DNA of 64,000 bases from Scyliorhinus canicula (Eukaryota): positions 191,008,429-191,072,428 of the forward strand of contig NC_052155.1 in assembly GCF_902713615.1 (NCBI RefSeq), in the 5' to 3' direction. Positions 1 to 11,933 of the stretch are shown one piece after another; position 1 is the stretch's first letter; each line of letters begins with the position of its first letter. The notes beneath the pieces were generated by a model that saw nothing but the letters and a program-made list of their open reading frames with translations, made no database searches and was not told where the DNA came from. The position numbers and the translations under genes are program-made.

Positions 1-2795
1 AAGCAGGGGCTGAGGGCCCAGTGACAGTGAAGCAGGGGCTGAGCCCAGTGACAGTGAAGCAGGGGCTGAGGACCCAGTGACAGTGAAGCAGGGGCTGAGG
101 GCCCAGTGACAGTGAAGCAGAGGCTGAGGGCCCAGTGACAGTGAAGCAGGGGCTGAGCCAGTGACAGTGAAGCAGAGGCTGAGGACCCAGTGACAGTGAA
201 GCAGAGGCTGAGGGCCCAGTGACAGTGAAGCAGGGGCTGAGGGCCCAGTGACAGTGAAGCAGAGGCTGAGACAGTGACAGTGAAGCAGGGGCTGAGGGCC
301 CAGTGACAGTGAAGCAGAGGCTGAGGGCCCAGTGACAGTGAAGCAGAGGCTGAGGGCCCAGTGACAGTGAAGCAGGGGCTGAGGGCCCAGTGACAGTGAA
401 TCAGGGGCTGAGGACCCAGTGACAGTGAAGCAGAGGCTGTGGACCCAGTGACAGTGAAGCAGGGGCTGAGGACCCAGTGACAGTGAAGCAGAGGCTGAGC
501 CAGTGACAGTGAAGCAGAGGCTGAGGGCCCAGTGACAGTGAAGCAGGGGCTGAGGGCCCAGTGACAGTGAAGCAGGGGCTGAGCCAGTGACAGTGAAGCA
601 GAGGCTGAGGGCCCAGTGACAGTGAAGCAGAGGCTGAGCCAGTGACAGTGAAGCAGAGGCTGAGGGCCCAGTGACAGTGAAGCAGGGGCTGAGGGCCCAG
701 TGACAGTGAAGCAGAGGCTGAGGGCCCAGTGACAGTGAAGCAGGGGCTGAGGGCCCAGTGACAGTGAAGCAGGGGCTGACCCAGTGACAGTGAAGCAGGG
801 GCTGAGGACCCAGTGACAGTGAAGCAGGGGCTGAGGGCCCAGTGACAGTGAAGCAGGGGCTGAGGGCCCAGTGACAGTGAAGCAGGGGCTGAGGACCCAG
901 TGACAGTGAAGCAGGGGCTGAGGGCCCAGTGACAGTGAAGCAGGGGCTGAGCCAGTGAAGCAGGGGCTGAGCCAGTGACAGTGAAGCAGGGGCTGAGGGC
1001 CCAGTGAGAGTGAAGCAGGGGCTGAGCCAGTGACAGTGAAGCAGGGGCTGAGGGCCCAGTGACAGTGAAGCAGAGGCTGAGGGCCCAGTGACAGTGAAGC
1101 AGGGGCTGAGGGCCCAGTGACAGTGAAGCAGGGGCTGAGGGCCCAGTGACAGTGAAGCAGAGGCTGAGCCAGTGACAGTGAAGCAGGGGCTGAGCCAGTG
1201 ACAGTGAAGCAGAGGCTGAGGGCCCAGTGACAGTGAAGAAGGGGCTGAGGGCCCAGTGACAGTGAAGCAGGGGCTGAGGGCCCAGTGACAGTGAAGCAGG
1301 GGCTGAGGGCCCAGTGACAGTGAAGCAGGGGCTGAGCCAGTGACAGTGAAGCAGGGGCTGAGGGCCCAGTGACAGTGAAGCAGGGGCTGAGGGCCCAGTG
1401 ACAGTGAAGCAGAGGCTGAGGGCCCAGTGACAGTGAAGCAGGGGCTGAGGACCCAGTGACAGTGAAGCAGAGGCTGAGCCAGTGACAGTGAAGCAGGGGC
1501 TGAGGACCCAGTGACAGTGAAGCAGAGGCTGAGGACCCAGTGACAGTGAAGCAGAGGCTGAGCCAGTGACAGTGAAGCAGGGGCTGAGGGCCCAGTGAGA
1601 GTGAAGCAGGGGCTGAGCCAGTGACAGTGAAGCAGAGGCTGAGGGCCCAGTGACAGTGAAGCAGGGGCTGAGGACCCAGTGACAGTGAAGCAGGGGCTGA
1701 GGGCCCAGTGACAGTGAAGCAGGGGCTGAGCCAGTGACAGTGAAGCAGGGGCTGAGCCAGTGACAGTGAAGCAGAGGCTGAGGGCCCAGTGACAGTGAAG
1801 CAGAGGCTGAGGGCCCAGTGACAGTGAAGCAGGGGCTGACCCAGTGAAGCAGGGGCTGAGCCAGTGACAGTGAAGCAGGGGCTGAGCCAGTGACAGTGAA
1901 GCAGGGGCTGAGGGCCCAGTGACAGTGAAGCAGAGGCTGAGGGCCCAGTGACAGTGAAGCAGGGGCTGACCCAGTGACAGTGAAGCAGGGGCTGAGCCCA
2001 GTGAAGCAGGGGCTGAGCCAGTGACAGTGAAGCAGGGGCTGAGCCAGTGACAGTGAAGCAGGGGCTGAGGGCCCAGTGACAGTGAAGCAGGGGCTGACCC
2101 AGTGACAGTGAAGCAGGGGCTGAGGGCCCAGTGACAGTGAAGCAGGGGCTGACCCAGTGACAGTGAAGCAGGGGCTGAGCCAGTGACAGTGAAGCAGGGG
2201 CTGAGGGCCCAGTGACAGTGAAGCAGGGGCTGAGCCAGTGACAGTGAAGCAGGGGCTGAGGGCCCAGTGACAGTGAAGCAGGGGCTGAGCCAGTGACAGT
2301 GAAGCAGGGGCTGAGGGCCCAGTGACAGTGAAGCAGGGGCTGAGGGCCCAGTGACAGTGAGCAGGGGCTGAGGGCCCAGTGACAGTGAAGCAGGGGCTGA
2401 GGGCCCAGTGACAGTGAAGCAGAGGCTGAGGGCCCAGTGACAGTGAAGCAGGGGCTGAGCCAGTGACAGTGAAGCAGGGGCTGAGGACCCAGTGACAGTG
2501 AAGCAGGGGCTGAGGACCCAGTGACAGTGAAGCAGGGGCTGAGGGCCCAGTGACAGTGAAGCAGAGGCTGAGGGCCCAGTGACAGTGAAGCAGAGGCTGA
2601 GCCAGTGACAGTGAAGCAGGGGCTGAGGGCCCAGTGACAGTGAAGCAGGGGCTGAGGGCCCAGTGACAGTGAAGCAGAGGCTGAGCCAGTGACAGTGAAG
2701 CAGAGGCTGAGGGCCCAGTGACAGTGAAGCAGGGGCTGAGCCAGTGACAGTGAAGCAGGGGCTGAGGGCCCAGTGACAGTGAAGCAGGGGCTGAG
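1..2795 (+). repeat. GC-rich minisatellite, 25-29 bp unit (AAGCAG[G/A]GGCTGAGGGCCCAGTGACAGTG), about 100 copies, runs off the window start
   Basis: Direct reading of tandem units with 29-, 26- and 25-bp variants. The array ends about 23 bp before the TRGV ATG. Confidence 0.98.
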
Positions 2796-2818
2796 ACACA
2801 AGCCCAGCCTTGTACAAG

Positions 2819-2858
2819 ATGCTGTCTCCTATCGCCCTGGCGCTTCTTCTGCTGTCCT
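2819..2858 (+). CDS. TRGV: TCR gamma V gene leader (signal peptide) exon, MLSPIALALLLLS
   Basis: ATG at 2819, hydrophobic 13-aa peptide, phase-1 donor T|GTAAGT at 2859. Joins in frame to the acceptor at 3056/3057. Confidence 0.9.
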
Positions 2859-3056
2859 GTAAGTTGCCCGCAGCCAATTAAACAGTTTAAATAAGAAAGA
2901 ATGGGGCATGGCGTCGGAGAATGGGACAGTACAGAAGGAAGCCATTCGGCCCATTCTGTCTCTGCTGGTTTGCTAAATGAGCTTCTTTTGTTGTAAAGAC
3001 TGTGGTTTGTGCGCGGGTGTCTCTGCTTTCAATCCTGTCTCTGTCTCTGTCCCCAG

Positions 3057-3364
3057 CCGCCTCTGTCGCTCTGCTGTCTGTGAAACAGGCTGTTCTGTCC
3101 ATCTCCCGGCCCACCGGCAGGACTGCGCGGTTTGTCTGCAGGATTGACCAGTTGGATGATGTCCATTCACAGCCCATCTTCTGGTACCAGCACAGAGGGG
3201 ATGTCATCCGCGGCATTGTCCAGCACAAATCCCAGAAAAGCAGCTGGATACACCCAGATTTTACCTCCCGGTTCAATGTGGAACTTGTTGAAGATTCTGT
3301 CATTCTGATCATCGATAACATAGTACTGGGAGACGCAGCCACCTATTACTGTGCTGCATTCTCA
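3057..3364 (+). CDS. TRGV: TCR gamma variable exon (Ig V-set domain)
   Basis: Pyrimidine-rich acceptor CCCCAG|. Open frame ASVALLSVKQAVLSISRPTGRTARFVC...IFWYQ...RF...LII.N....DAATYYCAAFS carries the conserved Cys, Trp and D-x-A-x-Y-Y-C, and is followed directly by a 23-RSS. FR1 SISRPTGRTARFVC resembles TRGV. Confidence 0.92.
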
Positions 3365-3403
3365 CACGCTGCTATTGCTGCATTGAACCTTGCTACAAAA
3401 ACC
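3365..3403 (+). other. V recombination signal sequence, 23-bp spacer
   Basis: Heptamer CACGCTG (3365-3371), 23-nt spacer (3372-3394), consensus nonamer ACAAAAACC (3395-3403). Confidence 0.93.
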
Positions 3404-3559
3404 TGCTGCTTTGCAAAACTATAGAAAGAGGTTTGTGGAGCTTATCGATCGCTCAGCCCGGAAACCTCAACATTGAGGTCAAGGCAGTCAGTGCAAGACA
3501 AACAGCAATGGCCCCAAAACAGATCGTTGTGGTAATCCTCTGGGTTCTCACTAATCCTT

Positions 3560-3870
3560 GCCACTTTGTTTGCTTTTTCTTTAGCTTTTATGCTGTCCTT
3601 CACTTCCCTGATCAGCCAAGGATGCCTCATCCTTCCCTTAGCATGTTTCCTCCTCCTTGGGATAAATTTCTGTTGTGCCTCCCGAATAACCCCCAAAAAT
3701 TCCTGCCATTGCTGTTCCATTGTCTTCCCTGCTCGGCTCCCCTTCCAATTAACTCTGGCCAGCTACTCCCGCATATCTTTGTAGTTACCTTTACTTAATT
3801 GTAATACCAGCTTCTCCCTCTCAAACTGCAGGGCAAATTCTTTCAATCTGCCCCCCCCCCCCCCCCCCCC
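3560..3870 (-). mobile_element. CR1 LINE ORF2 fragment (endonuclease-RT linker)
   Basis: Minus-strand peptides EFALQFERE..VLQLSKGNYKDMRE and WQEFLGVIREAQQKFIPRRRK..PWL.REVKDSIKAKEK are typical of CR1 ORF2. Confidence 0.75.
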
Positions 3871-4464
3871 CACAGCAAACAGGCGCCCTGGGCATCCAGG
3901 CAGATCATTGAACCCCCAGCAAAATTGTAAAGTCAGTCGCAAGTTGGCATTCACACCTTCATGGCAGCCACCTTATCTTCCTCAGGGGAAACCTGATACA
4001 GCTGAGGGACAGGCTGGGGTGGGAGGTGATCCAATTATCGAATATCCATCTGGTTGAGGCCATGGGACAGGCTGGAACATGGACGCTTCTAGTCTGCTGA
4101 TTTCAGCACCTTGCTTAGGTTCCAATCAGTCGGGGCTCTGACACTCTGAAACTCTCTTTGAAGAGCAGCAGCAATGACATGAATGACTCGGAGGAACTTG
4201 TTACCAATCACTCAAAATGGTGACAACTTGTTCATTAAACTGCATCACGGTTTGAATCACAAAACCTTAATTAACAAAGGGACAGAGCGACATCACAGAA
4301 AGAAAGGAAGCAAACCTTGCATTCTGTATTCCACTACTTCCTGGGACATCCTGCCCCATGTTCCCAAACATAGGCAAGTCACAAATTAGCCTTCTGAATG
4401 ACACCAAGACCCACAGCAAGAACCCATAAAACTGAGCAACCATCATCCCTGAATGGAGGGACAG

Positions 4465-4910
4465 GTGACACAATATTGTGCAGCGTTAGAAACTACAGAG
4501 AGTCGTGAACACAGCCCAGAACATCACACGAACACGCCTCCCATCCATTGACTTTATCTACACCTCCCGCTGCTTTGGGAAAGCGGGCAGCATAATCAAA
4601 GACCCCTCCCATCCGGGTTATTATCTCTTCCAACTTCTTCCATCAGGCAGGAGATACTAAAGTCTGAGAACACGCATTTACAAGTTCAAAAACAGCTTCT
4701 TGCCTGCTGTTGCAAGACTCCTAAACAACCCTCTTATGGACTAACTGATCTCTCTTGCATCTTCTCTACTGAGTAGTACCTGTGTCTATACATTTACATT
4801 GTGTATTTATTGTATGTCCTATGTTTTTCATGTATGGAACGATCTGTCTGGACTGTACGCAGAACAATACTTTTCACTGAACCTCAGTACACATGACAAT
4901 ACATCTAAAT
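4465..4910 (+). mobile_element. Rex1/Babar LINE 3' fragment
   Basis: Nearly the same sequence as the 3' half of the element at 14530-15490 (GAAAGCGGGCAGCATAATCAAAGACCCCTCCCA...). Confidence 0.75.
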
Positions 4911-6142
4911 CTAATCACCAGGGTCAGATTTCGATAAGTTTTAGAAGTGACCATGATGTGGACACTGAAAACTCTGTGGGGAGTAGGCGAACAGTTGATG
5001 CAGAAATGGATGAAGAAAGAAGAGGTAGCCAGAGCTGAGTTGCAAAAGTAATAGACTTCATAAAGTAATTGAGTTGATGTGGTTGTTGAGAAATGGGAAG
5101 GTTTTGAGGGGATGTTGGGAACCATATTGAAAAGTAAGGAATGGGACTAAGTTGGGAGAGGCAGCATGATGTGCTCAATGCTGTAAAAAGTCAGCCCATC
5201 AAGTTCATGTCAACCCTCTGTAGCACAATCCAATCAGTGTCATTGCTCTGCTGCAAGTTTATTTTAATTAAACGTCAATACAATTTCCTTGTGAGATTGT
5301 TCCCCATTTCCATTTGCACCACATTCATAAGTGGTGACTTCCACATCATTATCATTCACGATACGCTTTTCTTGTGATGCTGATTGAGGGATAAATATTG
5401 ATCTGGGATAAACTCCCCTGCTTCTCCTCTCAAATTGTGCCATGGGATCTTTTCAATCCACCTGAGCATGCAATGGGACCTAATTTAAAGTCCCATTGGA
5501 ATGATGATACCTTGAACAGTCCAGTGCTCCCGGAGTGCTACACTCTCAGCTTTGACCTTTGTAACAAGACAAACAACATAGACCACATTCCACTGGTCTC
5601 TTACTTCCACATTTACATCACTCTCATTGTGTTTTTCTTCTATTATTGAATCAATTAAATAATCATCTGCCAAAGTGCAGATTCTATGCTAATTTCTTCA
5701 TGCCTTGTGTTCTAGAACTTTCTGATTCAGTAGCTCTTGGAGATCCTCATTTTCAATTTCAATGAACACTGTGACTGGGAAAAAAGGATACATGAGGTGG
5801 TTTTCTATCGCCTTCCTCATGTGATACGAAAGGTATCCTTTCCCTGAAGTGCCATCTGTCTGTAAGCAGCTGTTGTCCTTTCAGGTTACGGTTATTTTGC
5901 CATCACCATTGGGAAGTTGCTGGTTCCATTGCTGGCCATGGCTCACAACTCTGAGCTTGGGATGATTTCAAATGGAAACTGAATGAGCCCTTGAGAAAAA
6001 TAAGTCCCCAAGGATAGGGCAGTGGACTGGGACTAGTTGGCTTGATCTACAGAGAAATAGTGGACTTGAAGGTTACAATAATCTCCTTCTGTGTCTTAAT
6101 AACTCTATGATTCTATGGCTTGATAGCATTAGTACTGACTGA

Positions 6143-6287
6143 GCTGACACAGTCCTGAAGGACATGGCTGGGCTGACACAGTCCTGAAGGACATGGCTGG
6201 GCTGACACAGTCCTGAAGGACATGGCTGGGCTGACACAGTCCTGAAGGACATGGCTGGGCTGACACAGTCCTGAAGGACATGGCTGT
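6143..6287 (+). repeat. 29-bp tandem repeat, 5 copies (GCTGACACAGTCCTGAAGGACATGGCTGG)
   Basis: Units start at 6143, 6172, 6201, 6230 and 6259. Confidence 0.95.
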
Positions 6288-7026
6288 CACACTGGACTGT
6301 GGCAGAAGGTGAAAGAGCAAACATAAGGAAATAAACTAGTTGACTTTTCCCTCACCAATTAAATTGGTACTTGTCCATGACAGTATGGATAAGAGTGATC
6401 CATTTTCAGAGGCAGGACTCCCTTCACTGTGTTGTCTGACTCTGCCACTGTGCAAAATTGGACAGATTCAGAGTGGATCCAGCACTCCGAAACTGGCCAT
6501 CCGTAAGATTCTGTGGGCCAGCATTAGCAACAGAATTTTATTTCAACACAATCTGCAATCTGATGTGCTGGCATTTTCCTCAATCTATAATTTCCATCAA
6601 ACTAAAGGATCAATGCTGGTCCAAGGAAGAGTTTAGAATAACATACTAGCAGCAACACTATGTGCACCTAAAATGCAGTCCCAATCTAATGAAGCTGCAA
6701 TGTAAGATGTCATGTATGGCAAACAGTAAAACAACGTGCTGTGGACAACATTAAAGGATTCCACATCAACAAAACAGATGAAAACTCTGCAGTTCTGACA
6801 TCTCTTCTGTCATGAACAGCAGTTGATAATTAAGCAACTATAGGAAGAGTCCAGCCTGTGAGTATAAAAGACAAGGTTGAAATATTTACAACTAAGAGGA
6901 GAAAGTTCATGAACCTGCCGATCAATCACAGCAGAGCCTGGCATATCAGTGTAAAAGACAAACTGACACATTTGCAAACATCTTCTGCCAGAACTACTGA
7001 GTGAATGAATCATTGGAGCACCAATG

Positions 7027-7325
7027 TAGGACAGTGGTTAGCATTATTACTTCACAGCTCCAGTGTCCCAGGTTCGGTTCCCAGCTTGGGTCATTGTCTG
7101 TTTGTAGTCTGCATGTTCTCCCCGTGTCTGCGTGGGTTTCCTCCGGGTGCTCCGGTTTCCTCCCAGAAGTCCCGAAAGACGTGCTGTTAGGTAATTAGGA
7201 CATTCTGAATTCTCCCTCTGTGTACCCGAACAGGTGCTGGAATGTGGCGACTAGGGGCTTTTCACAGTGACTTCATTGCAGTGTTAATGTAAGCCTACTT
7301 GTGACAATAAAGATTATTATTATTA
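7027..7325 (+). mobile_element. tRNA-derived shark SINE with (TTA)n tail
   Basis: A-box-like GTGGTTAGCA and B-box-like GGTTCGGTTCCC head, conserved body, tail ...CTACTTGTGACAATAAAGATTATTATT. Related copies at 22930-23230, 24895-25197 and 54925-55240 (minus). Confidence 0.85.
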
Positions 7326-8089
7326 TCTGAGCCTCCTCCTTAAGTTGCCAACATCAAAGGTGTCAATCTTTACCAATTTGAATAATTCCATGTAATACTA
7401 AGAAGTGACTGTGTACATTGGATACAGTATCTGAAAAGAAGCTCGTAAAGAAGTGGAGCAACAAAAGCAATATTACCAGATAAAGCTCCAAAGAAAGGCT
7501 TGGAAGCTAAAGGCAGAGATTTAAAATTCCTTATCGTAACAGAAGGCTTCACTGAATCTCTTTTGGAAGTCCAGTTTCAAGATGCAGAGTTGACAGAACC
7601 TGCAAGGGTGAGCTAAACCTTTGAAAATTACAGACGGCAGTGGCAGGTCTTGAGAACTCCTTTAAGCATTTCAATGCCAAAAGTACAGTTTGAAAGAAAC
7701 GCACTACTAAAACCTAGTCTCTGAGTCAGAGCCAGAACACATGATGTCCAAGCCTGTCCAAAGAAAAAATAACAATACTTAATTATAGTTCTGGAATGTT
7801 GCGACTGATTAGCTCAGTAAAAAGCAAGCAGAAGCTCAAATTTGCAGATTTATGGGTAAACCTCAGGACAAATCTGCAGATCCAGGCAGCCATTGTTTAA
7901 TTTATTTTTCAAGAAGAGTGTCATCACCATCATGCTAAACCCACCAAACCTAACAAGCAAAGGAAATGATTTTGTCTGTAACTGAACTGAGATGACATCT
8001 TGAAATTCAGAAAGCTCTTAAAGCTGAACAGACTCTTTTGAAATGTTACAACATGGATCGGAATTCCACATATCCAAATCAATTCAGAT

Positions 8090-8540
8090 TAATCCAAGGC
8101 TCAGACCAACTTTGGAGGAAAAGATTCTTAAGATACAGCTTGCTTCAAGTTCAAAGAAAAAGTCAGAAAAAGAGCAGTTGAACACATTACTTTACTTGAT
8201 AGGCTCAACATAGATGTCATCATTGTAAGATAGGGAATCAATGAATCATCTGTAAAATTTAAAGAGGTACTAACATCATTCCACATTTATTTAAATCTAG
8301 GAAGCAATAAAATTCTTCAAATATCCAATTTCAATAAGAGATACCAGCTGATTCATTCATCAATGATTTCTACTGGATGGCAGAGGTTGTTAATATGAAC
8401 ATTTCAACTCAGAACTCATCAGGGACAGAATAGTGGTATGAGTAACAGATGATGCACTCTCTGATCACCTGCTAGGAAAGGAAGATCTAACTCTGGAAAA
8501 GGCAATTCAGAGAGTTGGACAGTCAGAACTCATTGAGCAA
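8090..8540 (+). mobile_element. Degenerate Gypsy LTR-retrotransposon gag remnant
   Basis: Frameshifted peptides WRKRFLRY / LASSSKKKSEKEQLNTLLYLIG and ELIRDRIVV...DDALSDHLLGKEDLTLEKAIQRVGQSE match Ty3/Gypsy gag motifs. Confidence 0.7.
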
Positions 8541-9840
8541 CACAGAACAACTTCAGGGGGAAATAATGAAACATGGTGCAGGTGTCAACCCTCAGTCTAA
8601 CTAGTTAAGCAACAAAGGCACAGGAACAGTTTATGTCAGGGAATATTGGAACAGGCTCAAAGAGTGAGTATCCAGTACTAAAGGCCCTAGAAATAGTGAA
8701 TGCCTTGGTGGCCATGTACAATGTAACAGTTACTGCAGACTGGAGGGTAGCTAATTGTAGAAGCCAGGTATTTCTAATACACCTAATATAGGTAAAAGAT
8801 AGCTGTTTAAGCGTAAATATTAAGCCCCAGTTTTAAAATTAAAGAAAACACATATTTCGCAACTCATTGTCATAGTTTTAAAGTAACACAGAAGTCTGAT
8901 AAGACAAACACTTTTCATTACATTTCTCCAAGGACAAGGGCTGAATCCATGGCAACGAGGTGGCAGGAGTGAAGGTTCTGTTCTCACGCAGTTTGAGATT
9001 AGGGTGAATTACATCCCATGACTTATACAAGCTGAAACATTTTAGACTATGTTGCCTTGTCTTTAATAAATGCACAGTTAGAACATCGAATCAAATATAT
9101 ATTTGATTCCAACATTCTCAAAACAACAATTTTATGAAAGCAGCATAATTTACTAGATTGAAATAGACAGTTTGGGGTACCATAGAGATCGGTGCTGGGA
9201 CTCCAGCTATTCACTGTATATATTAATGATTTAGATGTGGGAACTAAATGTAATATCTCCAAATTTGCAGATTTGGATGAGAGAGTGAGCTGTGAGGAGG
9301 ATGCAGAGATGCTTCAGTGTGATTTGGACAAGTTGAGTGAATGGACAGATGAATAGCAGATGCAGTATAATGTGGGTAAATGTGAGGTTATCCTCTTTGG
9401 GTTTCCTCCGGCTGCTCCGGTTTCCTTCCACAGTGCAAAGTTGTGCAGGGTAGGTAGATTGGCCATGATAAATTGCCCCTTAGTGTTAGGTTAGGTGGGG
9501 TTACGGGGTAGGGCAGGGAATTAGGTCTAGCTGGGGTGCTCTTTTGGAGGGTCGGTGTAGACTCGATGGGCTGAATAGCCTCCTTCTTCACTGATTCTAT
9601 GATTCTATAATTCTATGATGGCAAATTATTGTCTGAATGCCTATAGATTGAGAGAGGAAAATGTGCAACGCGACCTGGGTGTCCTTGTACACCAGTTGCA
9701 GAAAGCAAGCATGCAGGGGCAACAGTCGATAAAGAAGACAAATGGTATGTTGGCCTTCATTGCGAGAGGATTCGGGTACAGGAGCCGGAATGCCTTGCTA
9801 CAATTATGCAGGGCCTTGGTGAGGCCACACCTGGAATATT

Positions 9841-10008
9841 GGGCGGGATTCTCTGCTGGTGGGATTCTCCATTATGCCGGCGCCCGGGGGTTTCCCGACG
9901 GTGTGGGTCTGCCGCACAATGGGAAACCCCATTGACCGACCGGCGTAACAGAATCCCGCCAGCAAGTCGGGGCAGAAATGTGGCGCAGCAGGGCGGAGAA
10001 CCCAGCCC
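9841..10008. mobile_element. PIF/Harbinger-type MITE
   Basis: TIRs GGGCGGGATTCTC / GAGAACCCAGCCC and a 3-bp TSD ATT (9838-9840, 10009-10011). It splits the CR1 motif GAATATT|GTGTGCA. Confidence 0.8.
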
Positions 10009-10263
10009 ATTGTGTGCAATTATTCTCCTTATCTGAGAAAGGATGTTCTTGGTGTAGAGGAAGTTCAGCAAAGGTTTACCAGACGGAATGTTAGGATGGA
10101 GGGACTGAGGAGAGATTGAATCGGTTTGGATTATATTGACTGGAGTTCAGAAGAATGAGGGGCGATCTCATAGAAACCTATAAAATTCTAATAGGAGTAA
10201 ACGGTAGATTCAGGAAGGATGTTCCCAATGGGAGCGAGTCCAGAACCAGGGGTCATAGTCTAA

Positions 10264-10959
10264 TGTAAGAGTCCTTCCTGTTTATTTGAGCTTTGATAAA
10301 TGTAATCCGGATTCAAAATGTTAGCTCCCTTCTCTCTCCACAGATGCTTTCTGACCCGCTGCAATTGTCCAGAATTTTCGTTTTCGTTTCAGATTCCAGC
10401 ATCGCAGTATTTTGCTTTTATTTTCCTGTTTATTTCCTTTGTTCCCATTTCTTTTATTCTATTTAGTATTTTTGGTCCGTGGCCCCATAAATGGGATGTG
10501 CCTTTAAGCAGAAGATTCAGTAGAAGCAGCCTGCTTTCCAGGATACTGTGTTACCAGGTTTTGTTTCTGGAGAGAAGCCAGACTCCTTGGCAACGGATGA
10601 ATTGGTTTTGGAGGAATCGATTCGATCGGTTAATTGGCAACCAGTGGGATGGCCAGGTACCGTGTTCTGCCTGACAACAATCAGTGATTGTTTCCTGCTT
10701 GATGCTCTCTGAGAGAACTGGGCAGAAGTGTTTAGACCTTGGAGAAGGAACTCTCTCTCTCTCCAAATTTCTGTCCATTTAATTATGATACTGTACATGA
10801 TAAAAATCACTTGTGTTAAAGTTACAAATCTGGTGACTAGTTTATTTGGCTCAACAAAGGACTTTGGGTATTTTAAATAAAATTGTATTTCACCTGTGTT
10901 GCAACTCTGGGTCAAGTGGGGCTGGAATTGACCGCACACTTGCCCAGGGTGCGGTGACA
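10264..10959. mobile_element. Solo LTR (TG...CA) with 4-bp TSD
   Basis: Begins TGTAAG and ends GTGACA. CTAA is duplicated at 10260-10263 and 10960-10963. The host CR1 reads GGTCATAGTCTAA|GGATAC across it. A small Penelope-like fragment lies inside (about 10315-10420). Confidence 0.8.
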
Positions 10960-10990
10960 CTAAGGATACAGGGTAAACAATTTAGGACTG

Positions 10991-11210
10991 TAAGAAGTCT
11001 TACAACACCAGGTTAAAGTCCAACAGGTTTGTTTCAAACACGAGCTTTCGGAGCACGGCTCCTTCTTCAGGTGAGAGGTGTGTCACCTGAAGAAGGAGCC
11101 GTGCTCCGAAAGCTCGTGTTTGAAACAAACCTGTTGGACTTTAACCTGGTGTTGTAAGACTTCTTACTGTGCTCACCCCAGTCCAACGCCGGCATCTCCA
11201 CATCATGGCT
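10991..11210. mobile_element. Short Penelope-like (PLE) non-autonomous insert with a perfect 85-bp inverted repeat
   Basis: Arms 10990-11074 and 11083-11167 are exact reverse complements around an 8-nt loop. 14-bp TSD ACAATTTAGGACTG at 10977-10990 and 11211-11224. Confidence 0.85.
11083..11120 (+). ncRNA. Minimal hammerhead ribozyme core (PLE type), mirrored on the minus strand at about 11037-11074
   Basis: (T)CAC-CTGAAGA-A-GGAGC(CGT)GCTCC-GAA-AGCT-C-GTG gives the CUGANGA and GAAA core, a 5-bp stem II, a palindromic AGCT stem III, a UC cleavage site and a CAC/GTG stem I. Confidence 0.7.
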
Positions 11211-11308
11211 ACAATTTAGGACTGAGATGAGGACAAATTTCTTCACCCAGAGAGTGGTGAGCCGGTGGTATTCACGACCACAGAAAATAATTGAGGTTGA
11301 AACATTGA

Positions 11309-11933
11309 GGGCTGGATTCTCCCTTGCCCGACGCTGAAATTGTGTTCGGCAATTGGACGGGGAATGGATTTTCACACTGAAATCGGGGCCGGCACTGGTT
11401 TGACGACAGTCAGCTATGTTCCGCCTCTCCAAATTGGCATTATCATGACGCTCGCCGCGCGCCGTTTCAACGTTGGTGCGTCATTGGCCGGCCCCAAAGC
11501 TGGGTTCCCAACCGCGCGGTTGATGTGTGGTCTGAGTGGTCAGGAGCTGGGCGTGACGGCTGCAGACTGTGTCCAGTGCTGCCAAACTCGGCCAGGATCC
11601 ATGGTGCTGGCCGGGGGGGGGGGGGGGGGCTTCTGCAAGGGCTGGGGGAACTGGTGGAGGGTGACCAGGGGTGGTCTGTGGAGTCGTGCATGGCCGGCGC
11701 CATGTTGTATGGTGCAACCGGTGCAGGTCATCAGCCGTACGCATGCGCGGCCTGGGACCCGACCATTCTCTGCCCATTCTCGGCACGGGAGGCGGGAGTT
11801 TTACCCAGCGCCGGTGCTAGCCCCTCGCTAGTACCGGAATCAGTGAAGGTTTCACCCCGAATTTTTGGTCATAAAAGTCCACACATGCTGCCCTGGCGCC
11901 AGCACTTACCTGCTGAAAGGGAGAATCCAGCCC
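11309..11933. mobile_element. GC-rich MITE, Harbinger-like TIRs
   Basis: 15-bp perfect TIRs GGGCTGGATTCTCCC / GGGAGAATCCAGCCC. No clear TSD. Confidence 0.75.

Noticed and set aside
1-2795. CRISPR-like array or RSS array
   Set aside because: Units are head-to-tail with no unique spacers, the DNA is vertebrate, and GACAGTG lacks the essential CAC and any nonamer.
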